A stretch of DNA of 64,000 nt from an uncultured Bacilli bacterium (GCA_947627925.1 CANQXW010000003.1:12-64011); one strand, 5' to 3'. Counted from the first letter of the stretch, positions 1 to 9,987 are shown. Numbers and translations are program-made. The notes: generated from the letters alone by a model not told the origin.

Positions 1-70
1 AAATTTTCATTTTAATATCTTTTTTTCTAATGTGTCTGGTTTTCCATAAAACTTTTCACACTATCAAAGA

Positions 71-99
71 ATTATACCGCAAACGGTATCTTTAGTCAA
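71..99 (-). promoter_or_regulatory. sigma-A-type promoter reading leftward out of the window
   Basis: Minus strand TTGACT (94-99), 17-nt spacer, TATAAT (71-76). A possible ATG near position 10 runs off the window edge. Confidence 0.4.
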
Positions 100-370
100 A
101 TGCTTTAGTCCTTTTTATTTATAATTTGTTCAATAACTTTTGAAAAATTTGTTTGTTCAATTTTTTACTTACTTCCTTTAGTTTATATGTTCAACAATAT
201 TTATTCTTGAAGTTTTAAAAAGTAAATACAAAAGCTTTTGTTCCTGATTCATTTTTTAATTTTAAAAGGTGTCAACGCATTATTTTTTGTTCACATCTTT
301 ACTTCACTACTTTTTAGTCTTACGTTGACAAGTTATAAAACTAAATCTAACTTACTAATTTTTTAAATTT

Positions 371-652
371 CTATTTTCCTTTGTTTTCAGACATTTTTGA
401 TTCATAAATAAAACTTTGCATAAACGCAACAATTCTTTCTACTTCTTTAACATCATCCTCTGTAACAATAGGAATTTCTCCCTTAATAAGTCTCCCTTTC
501 GCTCTAAAACCTTTCATAAACATAGTTTGGGAAAATTCAATATAATTTTCAGTGCCAATAATTTTTATGAATGAAAGAATATCTCCACTTATATACAAAT
601 CTTTTAAAAGGCCTTTAAAACATTCATAGAATAAATTAATTAGTGGAAACAT
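371..652 (-). CDS. hypothetical protein (possibly the C-terminal part of a frameshifted gene with 636..1199)
   Basis: 93-aa ORF with a weak SD. Its ATG lies 17 nt inside the end of the upstream ORF in another frame. No recognisable motif. Confidence 0.4.
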   Translation of the reverse strand: MFPLINLFYECFKGLLKDLYISGDILSFIKIIGTENYIEFSQTMFMKGFRAKGRLIKGEIPIVTEDDVKEVERIVAFMQSFIYESKMSENKGK

Positions 653-1199
653 ATTCTCTTTGCCATGATGGTGTATGTTGAATCTCTAATCCTAATTTTC
701 TCAACTCATCTAATATTTCTAATGTCATCTTTTGATTAATTGCCTCATTAAGATCACTATTTTCCTGAACTACATCGCCATTCTTTTCCAAACTAGTACA
801 AATACCACTAATTATTTTGAATGGTTCTAAAGATAAAATGTGACTACTTATTTTGTGATTCATTTCATGAATAATATGTGTTATATCATAAGACAGCGGC
901 AATACCAAAACATCTATTTCATCAATATATGCACTTTGAGAAAAACATTTCCTATCATATTTTTTTAAATATTCATTAATTTGATCTTCAGACAATGATG
1001 TAACGATAACATTTCTAATTTCTTTTTCCTCTTCAATGTCTATATCATCATACCAAATTACTTTTAAATCTCGTAAGACGTTCACAATATAATCCCTATG
1101 CTTTTCACCATAAAAATTAATAAATGCTTGAATAATATAATTCAATTCATTATTTAATCTACTATTAGCACTTATAAATTTTTCTTGCAAGGCATTCAT
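636..1199 (-). CDS. hypothetical protein with HEXXH motif (possible zinc metallopeptidase, ImmA/IrrE-like is only a guess)
   Basis: 187-aa ORF with SD GGTGA upstream of the ATG. It has a single HEMNH (HEXXH) motif in THIIHEMNHKISSH. Confidence 0.45.
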   Translation of the reverse strand: MNALQEKFISANSRLNNELNYIIQAFINFYGEKHRDYIVNVLRDLKVIWYDDIDIEEEKEIRNVIVTSLSEDQINEYLKKYDRKCFSQSAYIDEIDVLVLPLSYDITHIIHEMNHKISSHILSLEPFKIISGICTSLEKNGDVVQENSDLNEAINQKMTLEILDELRKLGLEIQHTPSWQREYVSTN

Positions 1200-1313
1200 A
1201 TTATCACCGCCATCTTCTTATTTTTTCTCTCAATTTCAAAAAAACGAGGAAAAAAATGAGGAAAATTTTCAATTTTTATAGTGGTTTTAGCTCTTTTTGT
1301 ATTTTAAATCACT

Positions 1314-1383
1314 CGCAAGCCCGTATAAAACCTACTACTTGCCACAACAATTTTTGTGTTTCTTACCAGACCCACAAGAACTT
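1314..1383 (-). repeat. distal duplicate of the secA 3' end (SEC-C motif codons plus about 25 nt past the stop), att-like
   Basis: About 70 nt align with 4097-4165. The minus strand reads SSCGSGKKHKNCCGK-stop, preceded by an in-frame TAA and with no start codon. Confidence 0.7.
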
Positions 1384-1635
1384 TATTTTCCTATATTATC
1401 AGTATTATCTGTACTATAAGTATTTTCAAACGTAGACTTTTGTGAACATTGACCACACTCGTTCACTGATATAAGTATAACACATTTTTATATTTTATAA
1501 AATGTGCAAATATTACACTCCAAATCTAGTAAATTTTCTTATACATTTCATAATGTTAGTTTTATTCATCCCTGCCAATTTAAAAATCATAAAACACGTA
1601 ATAGAATTGTATCAGTTAATACATCATAGCTTATT

Positions 1636-1773
1636 TTAAGCTTTTTGTCTTGCTATATATGCTTCATTTTTAGTTCTAAAACCACTTTTTGTTATTTGTT
1701 TTCTTTTTCCATTTACCTTTCCTACTTCAAAACAATATTGGTAAATGCAACCTCTTTTTCTAATATTAATCAT
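1636..1773 (-). pseudogene. truncated tyrosine-recombinase (phage-type integrase) N-terminal arm-binding fragment
   Basis: 45-codon ORF MINIRKRGCIYQYCFEVGKVNGKRKQITKSGFRTKNEAYIARQKA-stop. It matches the typical N-terminus of Firmicute site-specific integrases (IRKRG..W.Y...GKRKQ.sKgGFkTKkEA). No catalytic domain follows. Confidence 0.6.
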
Positions 1774-1813
1774 TATTATTTTTAAATAAAAAAGGGGTTA
1801 GCAAATTATTTTG

Positions 1814-2824
1814 TTAACTCACTTTGTCATCAATCTTTTTACTAATGTCTTTTAATGTTTCTAAATATGCTTTTTCCACAGGGCTAATTTCTTTTACTTG
1901 ATATTTCCTATATTCACTTATTGCTTTTTTTATTGCTTCATCGTGACTTATAGTGCCTGCGCCAATTAATGTCTTTCCCCCTGTAGTAGACAAAATAGAA
2001 TCAAGTTCTCTTATATAATCTTCCATATACATTTGTTTATGCCTAATTGCTTGAATTTCAGCAAAATCAAAGTATCCTGATACTAAATTATTTAAAATTT
2101 TTAATTCTTCTTCTGTTAAATAATTTTTAGCAATGACTACATCATTCATAACCGGAATATCACCACTAAAAGTTGTAAGTCCCATAAATGGTTTTTCTGA
2201 ATCAGCTCTTTCGTAGATTATTTCTGAAGCAGTATGGCCATGTGTTGCAAAATGAAGTTTATTTTGCACAATTTTAAAAAACTCAATAGATTTTTCATCC
2301 TTTGGATTATAATCAACTGCGGTGGCATATAAATCTAAAACTTGGCGGTAGAGAACTTTTTCTGAAGATCTGATATCTTTTATTCTAGCTAGTAATTCCT
2401 TCCAGTAATTGCCACCAGCATTACCTTTAAGGCGTTCATCATCTAATGTGAATCCTTTAATCATATATTCTTTTAATCTTTCAGTAGCCCATTTTCTAAA
2501 ATTAGTAGCTATTTTAGATTTAATACGATATCCTAAAGAAATAATCATATCTAAATTATAATATTTAACATTTCTTTCTACATTTCTATTTCCTTCACTT
2601 TGAACTGTCAAGAATTCCTTGACAGTTGAATTTTCATCCAATTCATTTTCATCAAATATATTTTTAATATGTAAACTTATATTTTGCTTAGTTGTTTTAT
2701 ATAATACAGCCATTTGTTGTTGAGATAACCAAATTGTTTCATTTTCCAATTTTACATCAATTTTAGTTTCTCCATCATCAGATTGATAAATTATTATATT
2801 ATTAGAATCATCCGTGTTCTTCAT
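1814..2824 (-). CDS. RhuM-family virulence-associated protein
   Basis: 336 aa. The N-terminus (IIIYQSDDGETKIDVKLENETIWLSQQQMAVLYKTTKQNISLHIKNIF...YNLDMIISLGYRIKS..ATNFRKWATERLKEY) is characteristic of the RhuM family. Good SD GAGGAGG. Confidence 0.8.
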   Translation of the reverse strand: MKNTDDSNNIIIYQSDDGETKIDVKLENETIWLSQQQMAVLYKTTKQNISLHIKNIFDENELDENSTVKEFLTVQSEGNRNVERNVKYYNLDMIISLGYRIKSKIATNFRKWATERLKEYMIKGFTLDDERLKGNAGGNYWKELLARIKDIRSSEKVLYRQVLDLYATAVDYNPKDEKSIEFFKIVQNKLHFATHGHTASEIIYERADSEKPFMGLTTFSGDIPVMNDVVIAKNYLTEEELKILNNLVSGYFDFAEIQAIRHKQMYMEDYIRELDSILSTTGGKTLIGAGTISHDEAIKKAISEYRKYQVKEISPVEKAYLETLKDISKKIDDKVS

Positions 2825-2937
2825 TTATACACCTCCTCGTAAATTTAAAAGATGTCAACCATTTATAATATTGCGACATCCCTTATTTTATGTAATTTTT
2901 TATTAATAAAATCTTTTAAAATCCTTTATTTATCTCA

Positions 2938-2983
2938 TTTTCCACAACAATTTTTGTATTTTTTACCTGAGCCACAATTTCCT
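2938..2983 (-). repeat. second duplicate of the secA 3' end (SEC-C motif codons), att-like
   Basis: The minus strand reads GNCGSGKKYKNCCGK-stop directly after an in-frame TAA. The nucleotide match to 4115-4160 includes ttccacaacaattttt. Confidence 0.65.
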
Positions 2984-3165
2984 TATAAGTTAGTATATAT
3001 ATTATTTATAGTATTATCATTATTGTTGGTATTTTAAGAAATTCTAGGTCTGGTAACAAATAGTATTTATGTTATTTATAGCATTTTATTTACTATAAAT
3101 ATCTCATAAAATGGGAACAAATTAGGAACATTGTTATCATTCGCTTACATTTTATGTTTCTTTAC

Positions 3166-3921
3166 CTATTTTAACAATATCCCACCATTTACATTAATAT
3201 TTTCTCCATTAATATAATCAGCTTTATCACTAAGTAAAAATAAAACTAAATTTGCTGTATCTTCCGTTGTACCAAGTCTTTTACTTGGATTTTTTTCTGC
3301 TGTTGCTTTTATTTCTTCATCCGAATAACTTTGCATACTTAACGGCGTTAAAGTTAATGAAGGACTAACCGTATTAACTTTAATATTGTATTTTGCTAAT
3401 TCTAATGCACAACACTTTGTAAGCATAATTGTAGCAGCTTCACTTGTGCAATAAGCAACAGATTCTTCCATAGGCCTTGTACCTAATCTAGATGCAATAT
3501 TTATAATTCTTGGCATTTGTGATTTCTTCATTAAAGGAATTGCATTTTTGATACATTGCCATCTTGCAATAAGATTAACATCTAATTCATGTTTATACTC
3601 TTCAACCGTTAAATCTTCTATCGATAATACTTTATCATAAGCTGCACAATTTACTAATCCATCTAGTTTGCCAAATTGAATTTCTATTTCTTTAAACATA
3701 TTATCAACTTCATTTTCTTTTGATAAATCACATTTAATCAATAAAATATTATTTTTAAAGTTGGATAATTCATTCATTGTTTCTTTAGCCATCTCTTCGT
3801 TATGGCCATAACTTATTATCACTTTTGCATTATTCTCTAACAATTGCTTTGCTATCTGACGACCAATCCCAGATGTTGATCCAGTAACTAAAATTATTCT
3901 ATTTTTAAAATCGATAGTCAT
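3166..3921 (-). CDS. short-chain dehydrogenase/reductase (SDR, FabG-like oxidoreductase)
   Basis: 251 aa with the TGSTSGIGR Rossmann motif (TGxxxGIG) and a downstream YCTSEAA (YxxxK-region) catalytic segment. Confidence 0.8.
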   Translation of the reverse strand: MTIDFKNRIILVTGSTSGIGRQIAKQLLENNAKVIISYGHNEEMAKETMNELSNFKNNILLIKCDLSKENEVDNMFKEIEIQFGKLDGLVNCAAYDKVLSIEDLTVEEYKHELDVNLIARWQCIKNAIPLMKKSQMPRIINIASRLGTRPMEESVAYCTSEAATIMLTKCCALELAKYNIKVNTVSPSLTLTPLSMQSYSDEEIKATAEKNPSKRLGTTEDTANLVLFLLSDKADYINGENINVNGGILLK

Positions 3922-4117
3922 ATATTGTCCTCCCTATAATATTAATCAACAATTAATAAAATGTGCCCATTGAGAAAACCTTGATTTTACGGGGTTTTTG
4001 GCAACTTTGGGAACAAATTGAATTTTTTGTGCACATTTTGAGCACATTTTTATAGTTTTTGGGGTTTTTTTATGATTTTTTCAAAACCCTATGCCTCACA
4101 AACCCTTATAAAACCTA

Positions 4118-6604
4118 CTACTTTCCACAACAATTTTTATACTTTTTACCACTTCCACAAGGACATGGGTCATTTCTTCCAACTTTAGTTACTCTTTTAG
4201 GAGTACTTTTAACTGTTTCTTTACCATCATTAGCCACACCATTTAAAGTTTGCTTTCTTTCTGTATTTTGTCTTACTTCTGCTTTAAGTAAGAATTGGGC
4301 TGTTAAATCTTCAATTTTAGCTAAAAGGCTATCAAACATTTCAAAGCCTTCCATAGTATAAGCTTGAATCGGATTAGTTTGGCCATAGCCTCTTAAAGAA
4401 ATACCTTCTTTTAAATGCTCCATCGCGCTCATATGATCTACCCAGTTTGAATCAATTATTCTTAAAGATATAGCTTTTTCAAATTCATTCATTAATGGTG
4501 CATCAATCATTTTCTTTTCATAATCTGCAATTACTAATTCATATATCTTATCTCTTAATTCTTCATCATCTAATTTTTGAATATCTTTTAATTTTAAAGC
4601 ATCATTCTTTAAATAATTAGTATTAACATATTCCACTAATTCTTTTTTATCATCATCAGTTATTTTACCATCTTTAGAATAATGACTTTCTACTAAATTA
4701 GTTATGGTACTTTTGAAAACTCCTAAAATACTTTCATGAATACTATCCATATCTAATATTTCATTTCGACGATTATAAATTATTTCTCTTTGTTCATTTA
4801 AAACATTATCGTAATCAAGTAAAGTTTTACGAATATCATAGTTATTTCCTTCAACTTTCTTTTGGGCCGTTTCTATACTTTTAGTTAAGGCTTTAGAACG
4901 AATGGCTTGGTTTTCATCAAGCCCAAGTCTTGCTAGCATATTCTTAATACTTTCCGTTCCAAAACGGCGCATTAAATCATCTTCAAAAGAAACAAAGAAT
5001 TGACTTTTACCAGGATCTCCTTGACGACCAGCCCGACCACGTAATTGGTTATCAATACGTCTTGATTCATGTCTTTCGGTACCAATTACACATAGACCAC
5101 CTAGTTCTCTTACACCTTCACCTAACTTAATATCGGTACCACGACCAGCCATATTAGTAGCTAGTGTAATGGCACCTTTTTCCCCAGCCTTAGCAATGAT
5201 TTCTGCTTCTCTTTCGTGGTTCTTGGCATTTAATACTTCGTGTTTTAAACCAGCTTTTTTAAGTAAACTACTTAAATATTCATTGGCTTCAACCGAAATA
5301 GTACCAATCAAAATAGGTTCACCAGTTGCATGAACTTCTTTAACATAATTAATAATGGCATTATATTTGCCTTTACTCGTCGCATAAACTAAATCGGCAT
5401 AGTCTTCTCTAATAACTTCTTTATTCGTTGGAATTTCAATAACATACATATTATAGATATTTCTAAATTCCTCTTCTTCTGTTTTAGCAGTACCAGTCAT
5501 ACCAGATAATTTCTTATACATTCTAAATAAGTTTTGGAAAGTAATCGTTGCCATTGTTTTAGTTTCGGTATTAATTGTGACATTTTCCTTAGCTTCAATG
5601 GCTTGATGTAATCCATCACTAAATTGTCTTCCATGCATTAGACGTCCCGTAAATTGATCAACGATAATTACTTCATCATTTTGTACTACATAATCAACAT
5701 CTTTTTTAAAACCATAATTAGCTTTTAGAGCTTGATTTAAATGATGAACTAAAGCTGTATTATCTAAATCATATAAATTTTTTAAATTAAAATAACTTTC
5801 AATTTTTTTACTACCTTCAGCCGTTAAAGAAACATTTTTAGTTTTAACATCAATATCATAATCTTCGGTTTCTTTTAATCTTTTAACAGCGCGATCCGCA
5901 TCAATATATAAATTCTTGGAGTTCATGCGGCCCCCACTGATAATTAAAGGGGTTCTGGCTTCATCAATTAAGATAGAGTCAACTTCATCGATAATACAAA
6001 AGTTAAGAGGTCTTTGTACCCGATCTTCACTTCGAACAACCATATTATCTCTTAAATAATCAAACCCAACTTCATTATTAGTTGAATATAAAATATCGCA
6101 ATTATAGGCCGCTTGTTTTTCGGAAGGAGACATCTCTCTTAAGTTAACGCCTACTGATACACCTAAAAGTTCATAAACTGGTCTCATCCATTCAGCGTTA
6201 CGACTAGATAAGTATTCATTGGTTGTAACAACATGCACGCCTTCTCCTGTTAAAGCATTAACATAAGCCGGTAAAATAGTAGTTAAAGTTTTTCCTTCAC
6301 CAGTTTTCATCTCGGCAATATTACCATAATGAATAGCAAGACCGCCTAAAAGTTGCACATAGAAAGCTTTCTCACCAATAGTTCTATAAGCTGCTTCTCT
6401 AGCTAAAGCAAAAGCTTCAACTAAAATATCATCTAAAGTTTCACCATTTTTAAGTCTTTCTTTAAATTCTTCTGTCTTTTTCTTAAAATCACTATCTTTT
6501 AATTTTTGCATATCTTCATCTAAAGCCACAATTTTATCAGCAATAGATTCAAACCTTTTTAATTCTTTATACTCACTATTTAATAATTTTTTGAATAGTC
6601 CCAT
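4118..6604 (-). CDS. secA: preprotein translocase ATPase SecA
   Basis: Motor motifs MKTGEGKT and LATNMAGRGTDI, plus the C-terminal zinc finger CPCGSGKKYKNCCGK. The likely start is MGLFKKLL at 6604, after SD GAGGTGG; the ORF track begins 12 nt earlier. Confidence 0.95.
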   Translation of the reverse strand: MGLFKKLLNSEYKELKRFESIADKIVALDEDMQKLKDSDFKKKTEEFKERLKNGETLDDILVEAFALAREAAYRTIGEKAFYVQLLGGLAIHYGNIAEMKTGEGKTLTTILPAYVNALTGEGVHVVTTNEYLSSRNAEWMRPVYELLGVSVGVNLREMSPSEKQAAYNCDILYSTNNEVGFDYLRDNMVVRSEDRVQRPLNFCIIDEVDSILIDEARTPLIISGGRMNSKNLYIDADRAVKRLKETEDYDIDVKTKNVSLTAEGSKKIESYFNLKNLYDLDNTALVHHLNQALKANYGFKKDVDYVVQNDEVIIVDQFTGRLMHGRQFSDGLHQAIEAKENVTINTETKTMATITFQNLFRMYKKLSGMTGTAKTEEEEFRNIYNMYVIEIPTNKEVIREDYADLVYATSKGKYNAIINYVKEVHATGEPILIGTISVEANEYLSSLLKKAGLKHEVLNAKNHEREAEIIAKAGEKGAITLATNMAGRGTDIKLGEGVRELGGLCVIGTERHESRRIDNQLRGRAGRQGDPGKSQFFVSFEDDLMRRFGTESIKNMLARLGLDENQAIRSKALTKSIETAQKKVEGNNYDIRKTLLDYDNVLNEQREIIYNRRNEILDMDSIHESILGVFKSTITNLVESHYSKDGKITDDDKKELVEYVNTNYLKNDALKLKDIQKLDDEELRDKIYELVIADYEKKMIDAPLMNEFEKAISLRIIDSNWVDHMSAMEHLKEGISLRGYGQTNPIQAYTMEGFEMFDSLLAKIEDLTAQFLLKAEVRQNTERKQTLNGVANDGKETVKSTPKRVTKVGRNDPCPCGSGKKYKNCCGK

Positions 6605-6757
6605 AATCCACCTCATATACTATTATACCACGTTACACTAAAAAAAGAAGTTAAACTTCCGTTAACTTGCCTATATTACTTATTATAATTTTCTCTTTTT
6701 GTCATGTTAATTAAAATAAAATCTTCTTTTCAAAGAAAAAAAGCTAAATTAATAGCT

Positions 6758-7285
6758 TTATTTCACATTAATTATTCCATATTTATTATCTTTTCTTTTA
6801 TAAATTACGGATACACATTCTTCATCAGTATTTTTGAAAACAAAGAAATCATGGTTTAATAAATTCATTTGCAATATAGCTTCTTCTTCACCCATTGGTT
6901 TAGTATCAATATCTTTTCTTTTGATAATATCTAAATCTTCTTCTTCCTCTTCTTCAAAATCAAAATTCATTTCAATAACATCAGTTTTTTCATATCTTTT
7001 TTTAAGTCTTGTTTTATTTTTTCTAATTTGACCTTCTAATTTATCAACAGCTAAATCAATCGCGGCATATAAATCTTTATCAGATACTTCAGCTCTTAAA
7101 ATAAATTTATTTAAAGGAATAGTTACTTCAATAGTTTGTAAATTATTTTTACTTCTAATAACAACTTTACAATCTAAATTACTAGCGTCTTCATAATATT
7201 TATTTAATCTATCTAATTTTTCTTCAATATAATCTTTGATAGATTTAGTAACCGCTAGTTTGTCCCCTCTAATAGTATATTTCAC
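6758..7285 (-). CDS. hpf: ribosome hibernation promoting factor (long HPF)
   Basis: KYTIRGDKLAVTKSIKDYIEEKL N-terminal S30AE domain, an acidic linker and a C-terminal dimerisation domain. The GTG start at 7285 follows AGGAGAG. Confidence 0.85.
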   Translation of the reverse strand: MKYTIRGDKLAVTKSIKDYIEEKLDRLNKYYEDASNLDCKVVIRSKNNLQTIEVTIPLNKFILRAEVSDKDLYAAIDLAVDKLEGQIRKNKTRLKKRYEKTDVIEMNFDFEEEEEEDLDIIKRKDIDTKPMGEEEAILQMNLLNHDFFVFKNTDEECVSVIYKRKDNKYGIINVK

Positions 7286-7385
7286 AATTATCACTCTCCT
7301 AGTTAAAGTATAACATAAAGAATTAAATAAGTAAAACTCGAGATCTAAATTTTTAAAAAGAGGTGGATAATAAGAAAAAAACTAT

Positions 7386-7598
7386 TTACACAATAGTCTT
7401 TTGTTCTTCTACTACATCGATTGCTTGTAATCCTTTAGATGTTTCAATTAATTTAAAATTAACAAGCGCTCCTTCCGTCAAAGTTTTATAACCTTCTTTG
7501 ATTATTGCTGAATAATGAACAAAGATATCTTCTAAATTTTCATATTCAATAAAACCGTAACCCTTTTCATTGTTGAACCATTTTACCTTGCCGTACAC
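7386..7598 (-). CDS. cold-shock protein (CspA family)
   Basis: YGKVKWFNNEKGYGFIE with RNP1/RNP2 motifs. The start is probably the GTG at 7598 after AAGAGG. Confidence 0.9.
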   Translation of the reverse strand: MYGKVKWFNNEKGYGFIEYENLEDIFVHYSAIIKEGYKTLTEGALVNFKLIETSKGLQAIDVVEEQKTIV

Positions 7599-7757
7599 AC
7601 TGTCCACCTCTTTTCTTCACGATTATATTATTCCATAAGGACAAATGAATCGCAATAAAAATCGTTAGACAAAATTCGACAATAATTTCAAGTGACTTTA
7701 AAATAATACCAAATATAATGGCTTATGAAAAGGGGCAAATTGGCATTTTTGGCTACT

Positions 7758-8348
7758 TTACATGAATTTATCGTTAATTATTTTATTAATAATTAAATTT
7801 TCACCATCTTCATAATAAAAATAATTTTGCTCACATTCTTTTAATATATCGATTACTTTAAGATAATCTTTCCCATATAAATATATTTTTTTATTTTTAA
7901 ATTGTTTTAATATATCTTTTAATAATACTTTCCAAAATTTATTATTATCTAAAGTTATAACTTGCATATTTCCTTGATAATCTAAATAATAAATTAAAAT
8001 ATAATCAAAATTAGCATTAATTAAAACTGTTTTCTTGGTTAGTTTTAAATATTTAATCTCCGGAATAAAATTAATCTTCTGATAATTAAAAGTTTCTAAA
8101 ACATCTTTAATTATTCTTTTATCCTCTTTTGTATAAGTTCCGTTTACAATAACATTGATACTACTATTAAAAATATTTTTATTTAATTTATGATCACTAA
8201 TAATCTTAGCAAATTTTTTAATAAATTTATCATGATCAATTATTTTGCCACATTTTAAAGTATGCTTATAAGGTTTATGAACAATTAATAATTTATTTTT
8301 AACATGATAAAAATTAATATAATCATCTAAATATAAGATATTTTCCAT
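7758..8348 (-). CDS. hypothetical protein
   Basis: 196-aa ORF with SD AAGGAG. No motif recognised. Confidence 0.5.
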   Translation of the reverse strand: MENILYLDDYINFYHVKNKLLIVHKPYKHTLKCGKIIDHDKFIKKFAKIISDHKLNKNIFNSSINVIVNGTYTKEDKRIIKDVLETFNYQKINFIPEIKYLKLTKKTVLINANFDYILIYYLDYQGNMQVITLDNNKFWKVLLKDILKQFKNKKIYLYGKDYLKVIDILKECEQNYFYYEDGENLIINKIINDKFM

Positions 8349-8387
8349 AATGACTCCTTGTGAAAAAAATAACTCCTTTTAAAGGAA

Positions 8388-9026
8388 TTAATTTTCATCA
8401 TAATCTGTGATTTTGGTACCAATGATACTTTCGGGATTCTTTAATTCATTATTAAGATACACTTCGAACATAAAAGTTTTTTTATCATTCATAATTTCAT
8501 TATTCTTTGAAGTTCCTAATATCGTTTCACTAGTTACTTCATCATCTTTTTTAACTTGGATATTATCAAGGCCATAATAGTAAGTTCTTAATTTGTTATT
8601 ATGTTCAATAACTAGGCATTTGCCAAAAAACTCATCATCAGTAATATCTGTGACTTTCCCATTAAAGACCGCTCTCACATCAAAAGCATTATCACTAGCA
8701 TAGATAATTCCGGTATTAGGTAAGTAGGTATTTTCATAATAAATTAAACTACTTTGTTGCAATGTTTCATCGGCATCTTTACTATAAAAATGCACAGCAA
8801 TATCCGCTTTGCCTTCTTCTACGGGACTGGCAATATCACTAGATACAATGGTATCTTCAATAATTACAGATTGGACCTCATCTTTTAAAGCTCCAACTCC
8901 ATAGTCATAATCCTTATTTGTTAAAGCCATATCTCTTCCTAAAAGCACTACCCCAGCAAAAATGCTAATTGTAATTAATAAATATAAAGTTGGTAATACA
9001 AACCCTTTTAATTTTCTTCTTTTCAT
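8388..9026 (-). CDS. membrane-anchored degenerate LytM/M23-domain protein (SpoIIQ-like)
   Basis: N-terminal TM segment. The C-terminal M23-like fold (GKVTDI...GKCLVIEHNNKLRTYYYGLDNIQVKKDDEV) lacks the catalytic His residues. It sits next to spoIID. Confidence 0.5.
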   Translation of the reverse strand: MKRRKLKGFVLPTLYLLITISIFAGVVLLGRDMALTNKDYDYGVGALKDEVQSVIIEDTIVSSDIASPVEEGKADIAVHFYSKDADETLQQSSLIYYENTYLPNTGIIYASDNAFDVRAVFNGKVTDITDDEFFGKCLVIEHNNKLRTYYYGLDNIQVKKDDEVTSETILGTSKNNEIMNDKKTFMFEVYLNNELKNPESIIGTKITDYDEN

Positions 9027-9074
9027 TATTCACCGTCCTACTTAAAGTATTGACGGTTTTAATTTTTTTTATAC

Positions 9075-9977
9075 TTAAATAGATGTAATTTCAATATTTT
9101 TATAAAAATATTTTAAAATACTTTCATAGTTAGAACCATTTTTAGCCATGCCATTAGCCCCATATTGACTCATGCCAACTCCATGACCATAGCCTCTGGT
9201 TGTAATATAGACATCCCCATCAATCTGGATATCAAAATCGGTTGATCTGAGTCCAAGTTTAGTTCGAAATGTCGTTCCTTTAAAAGTTTTTCCATTAACA
9301 CTTAGAGAATTAACGCGATTAGTATTACTTCTTATAATATTAGTAAATTCTACTTTATTACAATTTAAATTTAATTTAGTACATATTTCTTGGGGTGTAA
9401 ATTTAGTAGTAACCGAAAAATTTTTTAAAGTATCATTATCATAAATGGACTCGACACTTTGCAAATAATTTTTATCTTCACTAAAAACTAAACTAGCCTC
9501 TTCTGTATAACCATTACTCATCGCAAAATAATAAGCTTCAATTACTTCCCCTTCATAAGTCATAACTAAACCTTTCGTGTTTTCAACTGCACTTTTTATT
9601 TTTTCATAATATTTACTATAGTCACTTCCCCATTTCTTTTGCATCTCTTCTAAAGTTATAAAACTTTGATTAGAAACATCTGTTACCACATCATAATCAT
9701 CTTTCCTACTATCCATTTTATATAAGGCATAAGTCCTGGAAGCAATTGCTTGGGCTTTTAAAGCTTCAACTTCAAAAGAAGCTGGCATTTCAGCCGCGAC
9801 AACACCAATGATATAATCTTCTAAAGGCATCTCGTTAATCATATCATTTTTAGTATTTTTAACCACAATTTTTTTACTTGCCTCACTATTAAAAAAAGTA
9901 GTTTGATAACTACTACTTACAACCACTAAAATACCACTCATAATTATAATAACGCCGATCAGTATTTTATTAATCAT
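9075..9977 (-). CDS. spoIID: stage II sporulation protein D (SpoIID/LytB amidase enhancer/lytic transglycosylase)
   Basis: SpoIID-domain signatures EALKAQAIASRTYA and GYGHGVGMSQYGANGMA, with an N-terminal anchor. Confidence 0.85.
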   Translation of the reverse strand: MINKILIGVIIIMSGILVVVSSSYQTTFFNSEASKKIVVKNTKNDMINEMPLEDYIIGVVAAEMPASFEVEALKAQAIASRTYALYKMDSRKDDYDVVTDVSNQSFITLEEMQKKWGSDYSKYYEKIKSAVENTKGLVMTYEGEVIEAYYFAMSNGYTEEASLVFSEDKNYLQSVESIYDNDTLKNFSVTTKFTPQEICTKLNLNCNKVEFTNIIRSNTNRVNSLSVNGKTFKGTTFRTKLGLRSTDFDIQIDGDVYITTRGYGHGVGMSQYGANGMAKNGSNYESILKYFYKNIEITSI

Positions 9978-9987
9978 TTCTATCTCC

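Noticed and set aside
2852-4361. Plus-strand ORFs 2852-3037 and 4059-4361 sharing the peptide FPQQFLYFLP
   Set aside because: The shared peptide is just the reverse-complement reading of the repeated secA SEC-C codons. It is useful for spotting the repeat but is not evidence of genes.
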